A stretch of 32,000 nt of DNA from Ktedonobacterales bacterium (GTDB lineage Bacteria; Chloroflexota; Ktedonobacteria; Ktedonobacterales; JADMIN01): assembly GCA_030167145.1 (NCBI GenBank), contig CP126532.1, forward strand, positions 660,001 to 692,000. Reading direction: 5' to 3'. The notes under the pieces were generated by a model. It was not told the origin of the DNA. It saw nothing but the letters and a program-made list of their open reading frames with translations, and ran no database searches. Both the position numbers and the translations under genes were made by a program. Shown in pieces: positions 8,435 through 17,735 of the stretch; the stretch's first letter is position 1; each line of letters opens with the position of its first letter.

Positions 8435-9202
8435 TCACAGACCTACGCTTGCCTGCATCAGACCACCGTCCACGAAATAGGTTGCCGAAGTCACGTAGCT
8501 GGCCTGATCAGAAGCAAGCCAAATGACGAGGTCCGCAATTTCCTTTGGCTGCGCGACACGACCAAGTGGAATGGCCGCATCGAGCCGGTCCTTTTCCTGG
8601 GGATTGGCGAGGGTCGCGGCATTGATCGGCGTTGCCACCGCGCCCGGCCCTATACCGACCACGGTAATCCCATGTGGGGCCAGTTCCACGCCCGCTGTGC
8701 GGGTTAGCATTCGCATGCCACCTTTCGCGCAGCAGTAGGCGGTATTTCCAGGCATCGGCCAATCCTCATGCACTGAGGAAATATTAATGATCCGCCCGCC
8801 ACCGCCCTGCGCGATCATCTGTTTCGCGGCGTGCTGTGTGCCGAAGAAGGCGCTCTTCAGATCAACATCCAGAACAAGATCAAATTGCTGTTCGGTCGTC
8901 TCAAGCACTGACGTGCGTGTCTCTAAGCCAGCATTGTTTATCATCACATCCAGTCGGCCATACGCCCGCACAGTCTGCTCGACCAGACGTTGAATTTCCT
9001 CTGGGCGAGCCACATCCGCCTGGGCGATCTGCGCCTTGCCACCTGCTTGTAGAATCTGCTGAAGGGTTGCGGTGGCGGCCGCCTGGTCGCGGTGATAGTT
9101 GATGGTGACGGCGGCGCCAGCCGCTGCCAACCCAATGCTAATCGCATGCCCAATGCCACTGTCGCCGCCGGTTACAAGGGCTACCTTATGATCTAGCAGC
9201 AT
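8435..9202 (-). CDS. SDR family oxidoreductase (glucose 1-dehydrogenase-like)
   Basis: Contains KVALVTGGDSGIGHAI, NNAG and YCCAKGG (YxxxK). I moved the start to ATG 9202, which follows RBS aaggaggag. The track start at 9250 lacks an RBS. Confidence 0.9.
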   Translation of the reverse strand: MLLDHKVALVTGGDSGIGHAISIGLAAAGAAVTINYHRDQAAATATLQQILQAGGKAQIAQADVARPEEIQRLVEQTVRAYGRLDVMINNAGLETRTSVLETTEQQFDLVLDVDLKSAFFGTQHAAKQMIAQGGGGRIINISSVHEDWPMPGNTAYCCAKGGMRMLTRTAGVELAPHGITVVGIGPGAVATPINAATLANPQEKDRLDAAIPLGRVAQPKEIADLVIWLASDQASYVTSATYFVDGGLMQASVGL

Positions 9203-9474
9203 GCTCTCTCCTCCTTCTTCATTCAGCACATGCGAATATGGCGAAGCCATCGTTCAGCGCTTACAAACGTCTTCGACATGTTCACAGCCTCGCTGGCAAA
9301 ATGAATTGTACGCTATAGATTCTCCGGATGCGCTGCCACCTGCACTTGCGAGCCGTGTGACGTTGGCAAGGGAACCCAGGCGTATCCTACGTCGCGCATT
9401 TGATGTGGAGGAAAGGACTCGCAGCAGTGGCTCAGGAATGCTGGCGGACACGAGGCAGAGAAAGCACGGCAATG

Positions 9475-9512
9475 CAAAAGAAGAGGGCGCGTGTCTTGTT
9501 CAACACACGCCC
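9475..9512 (-). terminator. Intrinsic terminator downstream of the 69-aa ORF
   Basis: On the minus strand the stem is gggcgtgtgt / acacgcgccc (9512-9503 / 9494-9485; 9 of 10 bp) with an 8-nt loop. It is followed by tcttcttttg. It starts 32 nt after the stop at 9544. Confidence 0.55.
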
Positions 9513-9543
9513 ACGATGCAGATCCTCACTGCCCCTGACGATA

Positions 9544-9753
9544 TTACCAGGCTGGTGGCTCATATTCTGGCGCGTCCAGCGGTTCAAGTAGTTCGAGCGG
9601 CAGATTCGCATCCTCGCGCAACCGACGCAGATCCGAGCCAGTAACCTCGTACTGGCCATCGTTGAGCGTGTACTGTATTTGCCCCTCCTCAATAGCCTGA
9701 CAGAGGTCGGCAAGCGTCAGCCGTTGTTTCTTTCTATGCTCATCAGCGGTCAT
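9544..9753 (-). CDS. Small hypothetical protein (69 aa; basic N-terminus, acidic C-terminus)
   Basis: RBS aagggag lies 7 nt upstream of the ATG. It has its own putative -10 element upstream and a terminator downstream. I do not recognise a family. Confidence 0.55.
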   Translation of the reverse strand: MTADEHRKKQRLTLADLCQAIEEGQIQYTLNDGQYEVTGSDLRRLREDANLPLELLEPLDAPEYEPPAW

Positions 9754-9861
9754 CGGTTCGTCTCCCTTGTAATGAGCCTCTCCGCGTTTGCTAGCGACCC
9801 GCGATACACGTAAATGCCCTCAAATGGAGCATTGATGAGATTCTGGCACTTCCTTTTGTCC

Positions 9862-9870
9862 AGTATAGCA
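9862..9870 (-). promoter_or_regulatory. Putative extended -10 element TGCTATACT
   Basis: The minus strand reads tgctatact, about 109 nt upstream of the ATG at 9753, inside the 190-bp gap after the ATPase gene. Confidence 0.35.
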
Positions 9871-9944
9871 GATGCACGCAACGCCGAGTAGCAACTTCCG
9901 TACCGAAAAAGGATACGACTATCATCGCTCAAGGTTACTGGTAA

Positions 9945-10817
9945 CTATCCATCCACATCCTGAGGTTGGGTCTCCGCTGTGATGACATCTTCTACCGCTT
10001 CACGCATTGCGCGCACCCCAGCGCCATGCCCCGCTGAGAGTTGCTCAATACGCGCCACCCGACGATCCAGTGCCGCGCAAAACTCTGGCATCGGCATCCC
10101 TAACACTGTCGCCAATTCTTGAAGCACTTCCTCAGTAGCAGGGATGAATGTATCAGTGTCTTCATCCCATGTTGCGAGCGGCAGCATGGTGATGCCGGAC
10201 GATTGGGAGGAGACATCAGTTGGAGTGTACTCCGCGGGGCGTATGAAATTGACCGTTAGAAAACGCCGGCGGGGCGGCCACAACTTGCCTACCAGACCGA
10301 TATTGACGATGATGCCAAGGCGGCGGATATGCTCGTCTGGCAACTTCAAGTCACGCCCAAGCATCGCAAGCACATCGTCCAGGGTGTCCGCGTGGCACGA
10401 TGTCGCAATAGCATAGCCATCTTTCGGCAGCTTCAGCAGTTGGCGAGCGACTCGGCCCCACATATAGATAGGCAAATGGTCGCTGACTTCGTTCGCCAGC
10501 ACACACGTCGTGGCGGGGTCCACTTCGCTCACAAAGTCGAAATCTTCGTACATGCCTGTGGTGTAGACGAGAGTACAGCCAGTAAGTAAGAATCCCAACA
10601 GCGCATTGAGCGTCGTCGTTTTGCCGATGCCTGGCGTGGGGTCAGTTGGGCCAGAGACGATTAGCGAGTGGTGGTGTTGGATCAGCAGCCAAAGGAGCGC
10701 GGCAGTGCGAGCGTCCAGGCTACCGAGCGACACCAGTTGCGCGACTGAAAGCGGTCGGTCAGATTCATAATGCCACATGCGGCGGTGATAGGGACTGCGG
10801 GGGTCAAACATGGGCAT
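9945..10817 (-). CDS. Type II/IV secretion-system ATPase-like protein (VirB11/CpaF/FlaI family); ATPase core only, with divergent motifs
   Basis: The sequence LSVAQLVSLGSLDARTAALLWLLIQHHHSLIVSGPTDPTPGIGKTTTLNAL contains the P-loop. The Asp-box/Walker B-like motif is CVLANEVSD and the His-box-like motif is ATSCHADTLDDVLAML. RBS gagga lies 5 nt upstream. Confidence 0.7.
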   Translation of the reverse strand: MPMFDPRSPYHRRMWHYESDRPLSVAQLVSLGSLDARTAALLWLLIQHHHSLIVSGPTDPTPGIGKTTTLNALLGFLLTGCTLVYTTGMYEDFDFVSEVDPATTCVLANEVSDHLPIYMWGRVARQLLKLPKDGYAIATSCHADTLDDVLAMLGRDLKLPDEHIRRLGIIVNIGLVGKLWPPRRRFLTVNFIRPAEYTPTDVSSQSSGITMLPLATWDEDTDTFIPATEEVLQELATVLGMPMPEFCAALDRRVARIEQLSAGHGAGVRAMREAVEDVITAETQPQDVDG

Positions 10818-10856
10818 CCTCGCTGGCTGGTAGACTCTGGCTAAGAACCGACTACA

Positions 10857-11795
10857 TTATTGGCCACTATCTTCATGGCCTGATTGCGAACTTTCAACCG
10901 ACAACTGCTCCGTTTGCATTTCGTGGGCAGGCGCCCGAACACCATCGCCCTGCGCCTGTGACTGGCGAGGTTCCACAGGAATGAGCACTGGCGCGGGCGG
11001 CGGCACGAGCCATCCGGGAAGCGATGTCCAGTTGATGGCAAGCACGTGCGGCGTTTCATCTTCCCCAAATGCGAGCGCGCTGATGGAAGCGTTGCTAATC
11101 GAGAGAAACCGCGCTGAATCAGGCGGCATCCGCATATAACGCGCCAGAATGAGCTTGACCACATCGGCGTGCGCCACGACCACAATAAAGTTGCCGAGCG
11201 ACAGATTACGCAAGGCATCTTCGACCACGGCAACTACCCGCTCTTGTACGCTGGTGAAGCCTTCGACGCCCTCAGGAGGCGCGGAGGGATGTTCAACAAA
11301 TGCCTTCCAGCGCGGGTCATCCTTGTTCAGTTCGGCGATCGTCTTGCCTGCCCATACGCCAATGTTGGTATCCATCAGCCGTGAGTCCAGGCGCACCGGC
11401 AACGCCCAGCCACGTGCGATGATTTCCGCTGTCTCCTTTGCGCGCTCTAAAGGACTGGCGAGGATCGCGCTGAGTGGCACTCCTGAGAGCGCCACGGCTG
11501 CCGCTTGGGCCTGGCGCCGTCCTTCATCCGTCAAGGGTATGCCAGGGAGTTGCCCCGGCAACTTTCCCTCGACGTTATAGGTCGTCTGTCCATGGCGCAC
11601 AAGGATGACAACTCGCGCAGGCTTTGCGGGCTGTTGTGGCTGCGAGCCATTGTGCGCGGGTCGCGTTTGGGTCTGGTCCACTGCTTTGCGTAGTCGCTTC
11701 ACTAAGCCGCGACGGGTCCGAGGGCGTCGCCACCCGACACCCAACTCCCAACGAAGCCACCAACGAATCGCAAGCGCGGAAGAAAGCAGGCGCAT
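10857..11795 (-). CDS. Histidine phosphatase family protein (phosphoglycerate-mutase-like)
   Basis: Contains VILVRHGQTTYN, ASPLERAKETAEII and VVVAHADVV. I chose ATG 11795, which follows the strong RBS gggggaggtgagg. This leaves a 60-aa W/R-rich N-terminal extension. Confidence 0.85.
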   Translation of the reverse strand: MRLLSSALAIRWWLRWELGVGWRRPRTRRGLVKRLRKAVDQTQTRPAHNGSQPQQPAKPARVVILVRHGQTTYNVEGKLPGQLPGIPLTDEGRRQAQAAAVALSGVPLSAILASPLERAKETAEIIARGWALPVRLDSRLMDTNIGVWAGKTIAELNKDDPRWKAFVEHPSAPPEGVEGFTSVQERVVAVVEDALRNLSLGNFIVVVAHADVVKLILARYMRMPPDSARFLSISNASISALAFGEDETPHVLAINWTSLPGWLVPPPAPVLIPVEPRQSQAQGDGVRAPAHEMQTEQLSVESSQSGHEDSGQ

Positions 11796-11852
11796 CGGCC
11801 TCACCTCCCCCACGCGCATGCGCTCATTGTAGCAGCCCGTAGTGGGTAGTGG

Positions 11853-13265
11853 CTACTCAGCCGCCACCGTGGATGTTTGCTGTGCGGGAGCATTCTCCGC
11901 CGGACCAATCCAAACGGTCTGGATGTTCACGAACTCGCGGATGCCGAAGATAGACAGTTCACGGCCATAGCCGCTGCGTTTCACTCCACCGAATGGCAGC
12001 CGTGGATCTGAAGCGGTCATACCGTTGATGAAGACGTTGCCCGATTCGATGCGCCGCGCCAGAGCGCGTCCACGGTCGAGGTCGCGCGTCCAGAGATTAC
12101 CACCCAACCCAAACTGTGAATCATTGGCCAATTCAATAGCATGGTCCACGTCTCGTGCTGTAATTACGGGCGCCACTGGGCCGAATGTCTCTTCGCGGAA
12201 CGCTGGCATCTGCGGCGTCACGCCTGCCAGTATGGTTGGCTCGTAGAAGGAACCTGGGCCATCTATCATTTTGCCACCTAACATGACCCGCGCGCCTTCG
12301 GCGACTGACCGCCGCACCTGCTGATCCAGGTCGTCACGCAGGTCACCGCGCGCCATCGGCCCCATTTGTATGTCACGGTCGAGGGGATCGCCCACGCGCA
12401 GTTTCGCTGCTGCCGCAACGAACTTCTGGGTGAACTCTTCAGCTACCGACTCCAGTACGATGAAACGCTTGGCGGCAATACAACTCTGGCCAGCGTTCTG
12501 GAAGCGTGACCGAACGGCCATCTGCGCGGCGGCATCCAGGTCGGCGTCTTCCAGGATGATGAATGCGTCCGAGCCGCCCAGCTCCAGCACACTCCTCTTG
12601 AGGGCATGACCAGCAGCAGAGGCGACCGACACGCCCGCAGGGTCGCTCCCGGTGAGTGTCACCGCCGCAATGCGATGGTCCGCGATCAACTTGTCCACCT
12701 GGCTGCCCGGCACCAATACGGTACGGAATGCCCCCTCTGGGAGACCGCACTCGCGGAACACTCGCTCGATTTCCAGCGCGGCCCGCGATACATTGGAGGC
12801 GTGTTTCAGTACGGCGGTGTTGCCCGCCATCAATGCTGGGGCAGCGAAACGAAACACCTGCCAGTACGGAAAATTCCAGGGCATTACAGCCAGCACTACG
12901 CCAAGCGGCAGATACGATACGTAGCTCTGCGCCGCATTGGTTGCCACGGGTTCATCCGCGAGAAAACCCTCAGCGTTATCGGCGTAAAATTCGCAGTTCC
13001 AGGCGCACTTTTCTACTTCAGCCTCGGATTCGAGAATCGTCTTGCCCATCTCAAGTGTGGCGAATCGCGCGAGTTGCGTTTTGTGTTCGCGCAGATATGC
13101 CGCGACACGGCGCAGTGCCGCGCCGCGCTCACCAAAACTCGTTTGGCGCCAGCTTCGGAATGCCCCACGCGCCTGGTCCAGCGCATTCGAGATCTCAGAC
13201 TCGGAAAACGTGTGGAATTTCTCTATCATTTCGCCTGTGGCCGGGTTAATGGATTCGATTGCCAT
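11853..13265 (-). CDS. NAD(P)-dependent aldehyde dehydrogenase (succinate-semialdehyde dehydrogenase-like)
   Basis: The N-terminus is MAIESINPATGE. It contains VLELGGSD and the catalytic NAGQSCIAAKR. I moved the start to ATG 13265 to match the family N-terminus. Confidence 0.9.
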   Translation of the reverse strand: MAIESINPATGEMIEKFHTFSESEISNALDQARGAFRSWRQTSFGERGAALRRVAAYLREHKTQLARFATLEMGKTILESEAEVEKCAWNCEFYADNAEGFLADEPVATNAAQSYVSYLPLGVVLAVMPWNFPYWQVFRFAAPALMAGNTAVLKHASNVSRAALEIERVFRECGLPEGAFRTVLVPGSQVDKLIADHRIAAVTLTGSDPAGVSVASAAGHALKRSVLELGGSDAFIILEDADLDAAAQMAVRSRFQNAGQSCIAAKRFIVLESVAEEFTQKFVAAAAKLRVGDPLDRDIQMGPMARGDLRDDLDQQVRRSVAEGARVMLGGKMIDGPGSFYEPTILAGVTPQMPAFREETFGPVAPVITARDVDHAIELANDSQFGLGGNLWTRDLDRGRALARRIESGNVFINGMTASDPRLPFGGVKRSGYGRELSIFGIREFVNIQTVWIGPAENAPAQQTSTVAAE

Positions 13266-13551
13266 ACATCTCGCTCCAATGCTTTCTGGCTCGCGGCAAG
13301 GCCGTGGCGCTAGGATGGCACAGTATCTCGTCACTCATGCTACCACGCCAACCACTCGCGAGGCATCGCCAGCGGGGAGCAACATCCCTGGTGGGTTTGC
13401 TCCATTGTGGCACACACGCTGCTGCGTACACGACGATGTGGGGCGCATGTCTGCGCTCTATGCAATGTCACCAATACTCCGGACCGCATGCCGCTGGTCA
13501 TCCATGCAGCGGCAGCGCGCAGACTCAGAGGCCGTGAGAAAGGAAATTGCC

Positions 13552-14205
13552 GTGTCAGAACAAGCGACATTCAAGGCCGAGCGGCGCACGACGCTTGGCA
13601 AAGGAGTGAAACGTTTACGTAGAGAAGGGATAGCGCCCGGCAATATCTATGGTGATGGGCCATCCATCCCCGTTCAATTTGATGTGCATGCGTTTGGGCA
13701 ATTCCTGAAGAAACACGAAGCAACAGCGGTATTTCGGATTGACCTGGGCGATGGCGCACGACAGACAAACGTCATGGTCGCACGGGTACAGCATGAGCCG
13801 GTCACGGGAGCCATCCAGCATGTGGACTTCCTCCAGGTGCAGATGTCGAAGCCAGTTCGTGCCCGTGTACCGATCCACATCGAGGGCGAGGCGCCTGCGG
13901 TCAAGTTGCACGATGCGGTGTTGCTGCATATGCTGGATACGGTAGAGGTAGAAGCACGGCCAGGCGATCTGCCTGCCGCGCTAGGCCTCGATGTCAGCGG
14001 CCTGGCTGACCTCAAGTCCGCGCTGCGTGTCGGGGATGTGGCAGCGCCGCCACGGGTGAAAATCCTCACGGATAGCGCCGAAACCGTGGTGAAGATCGAA
14101 CCGTCGAAGCTCACCTACATCGAAGAGGCTGCCGCAGGCAGTGCCGAAGCGCCCGCATCCGTGCCTATGCCGCCCACTGGCGAGGAAACCCAGGCAGAGT
14201 CGTAG
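13552..14205 (+). CDS. rplY: 50S ribosomal protein L25 / general stress protein Ctc (long form)
   Basis: Reads FKAERRTTLGKGVKRLRREGIAPGNIYG, then two beta-domains and an acidic tail. The GTG at 13552 follows aggaa with a 6-nt spacer. In-frame ATG 13504 is an alternative. The track ORF start at 13042 is an antisense-shadow extension. Confidence 0.85.
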   Translation: MSEQATFKAERRTTLGKGVKRLRREGIAPGNIYGDGPSIPVQFDVHAFGQFLKKHEATAVFRIDLGDGARQTNVMVARVQHEPVTGAIQHVDFLQVQMSKPVRARVPIHIEGEAPAVKLHDAVLLHMLDTVEVEARPGDLPAALGLDVSGLADLKSALRVGDVAAPPRVKILTDSAETVVKIEPSKLTYIEEAAAGSAEAPASVPMPPTGEETQAES

Positions 14206-14272
14206 CTGCAGCACTCTGATGAGGCGCAAGTGCAGCGCCAACAGTCAGCCGTGCGAGCTAGCGAATAGACAA

Positions 14273-14314
14273 GAGACGCTGTTACGGAGGTTGTGACTTC
14301 CGCAACAGCGTCTC
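14273..14314. terminator. Long hairpin between convergent genes (bidirectional terminator candidate)
   Basis: The 11-bp stem gagacgctgtt / aacagcgtctc is extended by cggagg / cttccg around the loop ttgtga. It lies 68 nt after the L25 stop and 16 nt after the SDR stop. Confidence 0.6.
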
Positions 14315-14329
14315 GCCATCGTATCGTGC

Positions 14330-15127
14330 TTAGAGCATGCCCAGCACCAACCCGCCATCTACCTGAATATTGGTGCCGGTGATGTAGCCCGCACCTGCTG
14401 AGGCGAGGAATGCTACCAGTGCGCCAACATCGGCAGGTGTGCCAACTCTGCCAGCGGGTATGCCGCGCCCCGCCTCCTCGATTGCCTGCTCGAAGCTGAT
14501 ACCTCGGCGCGCCGCATCAGCGCCACGCAGTTCGCGCTGGCGGTCAGTCAGGATAATGCCGGGAAGTACATTGTTAACGGTTATCCCCGCGCCCGCTACC
14601 TCGCGAGAGAGCGTCTTGGTCAGCCCAACCACCGCCGAACGCAGCGAATTAGAAAGGACGAGATCATCAATCGGCTGTTTCACACTGGTGCCGATAATGC
14701 TGACGATGCGCCCCTGCCCACTGGCACGCAACAATGGCAGCGCTTCGCGCACGAGGCGAACGACGCTCATGAGGGTGAGCTGAAATGAGCGGTCCCAATC
14801 AGCATCACCGACGCGGCCAAAACCACCGGGTGGTGGGCCGCCGGCATTATTGACCAGCACATCCAATCGGCCAAAGCGTTCGCGCGTCAGCGTAATGAGG
14901 CGAGATGCGGCGTTTGGATCCGAGACATCGCAGGCAAGCGTCTCGATCTGTGCGCCAGAGGCCGCTGCCTTCTTCAGTTCAGATGCCGCCAATTCTAGAC
15001 GTTGCGCCTCACGCGCGCATAACACCAGTGACATGCCCTCGCCGACCAGCGCCTCCGCACTGGCGAATCCCAAACCTCGGCTGGCCGCCGTTACCAGCGC
15101 AACACGGCCAGCGAGACCAAAATCCAT
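14330..15127 (-). CDS. SDR-fold oxidoreductase (FabG-like subgroup lacking a canonical YxxxK)
   Basis: Contains GRVALVTAASRGLGFA and NNAGG, and the C-terminus has YITGTNIQVDGG. SNSLR occupies the expected YxxxK position. Confidence 0.85.
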   Translation of the reverse strand: MDFGLAGRVALVTAASRGLGFASAEALVGEGMSLVLCAREAQRLELAASELKKAAASGAQIETLACDVSDPNAASRLITLTRERFGRLDVLVNNAGGPPPGGFGRVGDADWDRSFQLTLMSVVRLVREALPLLRASGQGRIVSIIGTSVKQPIDDLVLSNSLRSAVVGLTKTLSREVAGAGITVNNVLPGIILTDRQRELRGADAARRGISFEQAIEEAGRGIPAGRVGTPADVGALVAFLASAGAGYITGTNIQVDGGLVLGML

Positions 15128-15213
15128 GGCACGTCTCCCATTCTACAAATGGGCGCTCAGCGCGACATATGACTGCTGCTGACTCCAAGCCTAGATGAGC
15201 CGCGCCCGCTCGT

Positions 15214-15219
15214 ATTATA
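15214..15219 (-). promoter_or_regulatory. Putative -10 hexamer TATAAT
   Basis: The minus strand reads cttataatac, about 90 nt upstream of the SDR start at 15127, in the 107-bp gap after the membrane-protein gene. Confidence 0.3.
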
Positions 15220-15234
15220 AGCCGTGCCTCAAAC

Positions 15235-16595
<1,361 letters not shown>

Positions 16596-16599
<4 letters not shown>

Positions 16600-16862
16600 G
16601 CCCCTGGCTGTTCGCGGGTGAAGCGAACGATCCACTCGTCCGCGCTGACTTTCTCGGTTTCATGGCTGAAGCCACGCGCGCCGAGGGCAGAATAGAGTGG
16701 CACCGGCTCGAAGGGAGCGATGATAACCAGTGATTCACCGGACGCGACGGACTCAGCCGCCTCCATGATACGGACAAATGGTTCGTCGCCACGTTCCAGG
16801 TCGGGGCGCACATCGAGAACGGTCTTTGCCTCTTGCCACCAGGCTGATCTTTGCTGTCCCAT
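16596..16862 (-). CDS. DUF2249-like small protein
   Basis: 88 aa reading VLDVRPDLERGDEPFVRIMEAAESVASGESLVIIAPFEPVPLY, which resembles my recollection of the DUF2249 pattern. RBS aaggag lies 9 nt upstream of the ATG. Confidence 0.65.
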
Positions 16863-16950
16863 ATATGGTGTCTCCTTTTATGCGGTGGGCTATGAGGGGC
16901 CGCAGCGCCCCACGTACCTACACCGTAGCGCGCCGGAATCGCAGATGACA

Positions 16951-16964
16951 GCGACCTAAGTCGC
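16951..16964. promoter_or_regulatory. Candidate operator: palindrome GCGAC-N4-GTCGC
   Basis: gcgacctaagtcgc lies in the 178-bp divergent intergenic region. It has the same 5-4-5 geometry as Crp/Fnr-family sites. Confidence 0.3.
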
Positions 16965-17040
16965 AGGAGCGCGCAATTTTGGTGTGGCAGAGAGCGGCAG
17001 AGAGCGCGGAATACAAAAGGATTCCGGGAGGGATGAGATC

Positions 17041-17706
17041 ATGCCTGTGGATAAGGAGGCGCTGCGCCGCGTACCGCTCTTCTCTGGCTTGGATGCCGAC
17101 GACCTGGCGCATGTCGCGGCGCTGGCCGTTGAGCGACACTACGACCGTGGTGACATCATCTTGCTGGAGGGCACTCCAGGTGGTGCGCTGCAATACACCC
17201 ACGCGGGGTTGGTAAAAGTCTTCAAGACCTCGCCAGAAGGCAAGGAACAGGTGCTGCGATTGATCGCGCCGGGGCACACATTCAACGATGTGCCCGCGCT
17301 GGATGGCGGTCCGAATCCAGCGAGTGCGGCGGCGATGGAGCCGAGCGTGATCTATTCTGTCGGACGCGCGGAGCTACAGAAACTGATGCTGGAACGCCCA
17401 GCGGTGGCGGCGGCGGCGGTGCGGACCATGGCAAGCGCGCTGCGGCACCTCGTGACGCTAGTCGAGGATCTCTCATTCCGACATGTGACAGCGCGTGTGG
17501 CCAAAATACTGCTCGACCAGGAGGAGGCGACGGCGGATGGTCAACCGCCGCACCGGCTGACACAGCAGGAGATGGCGGCGATGGCGGGCACTGCGCGCGA
17601 AATGGTGGGCCGCGCGCTGAAGGAACTTGAAACGGCTGGTGCAATCGAGATGCGCCAGGGACGAGTAGTAGTGCTTGATACGCAGCGATTGCGCCTGCTC
17701 GCGTGA
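17041..17706 (+). CDS. Crp/Fnr family transcriptional regulator (no Cys residues)
   Basis: The cNMP-binding-like N-terminus reads RRVPLFSGLDADDLAHVA...GDIILLEG. The C-terminal HTH reads LTQQEMAAMAGTAREMVGRALKELETAGAI. ATG 17041 follows RBS gggaggg. Confidence 0.9.
   Translation: MPVDKEALRRVPLFSGLDADDLAHVAALAVERHYDRGDIILLEGTPGGALQYTHAGLVKVFKTSPEGKEQVLRLIAPGHTFNDVPALDGGPNPASAAAMEPSVIYSVGRAELQKLMLERPAVAAAAVRTMASALRHLVTLVEDLSFRHVTARVAKILLDQEEATADGQPPHRLTQQEMAAMAGTAREMVGRALKELETAGAIEMRQGRVVVLDTQRLRLLA
17046..17054. promoter_or_regulatory. Perfect DnaA-box consensus (TGTGGATAA)
   Basis: Exact 9-mer within codons 2-5 of the Crp/Fnr gene. Confidence 0.2.
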
Positions 17707-17735
17707 AGAGGAAATATTGGCAGAGGACCGTTAGC

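Noticed and set aside
9750-9932. A 60-aa ORF on the minus strand in the gap between the ATPase and the 69-aa ORF.
   Set aside because: It has no RBS, and it overlaps the start of the better-supported 69-aa ORF and the putative TGCTATACT promoter. The composition is AT-rich and unlike coding sequence.
13042-13551. The 170-codon N-terminal extension of the L25/Ctc ORF in the track (387 aa).
   Set aside because: The extension runs antisense through the aldehyde dehydrogenase gene and the divergent promoter region. L25 homology begins right after GTG 13552, which has an AGGAA RBS.
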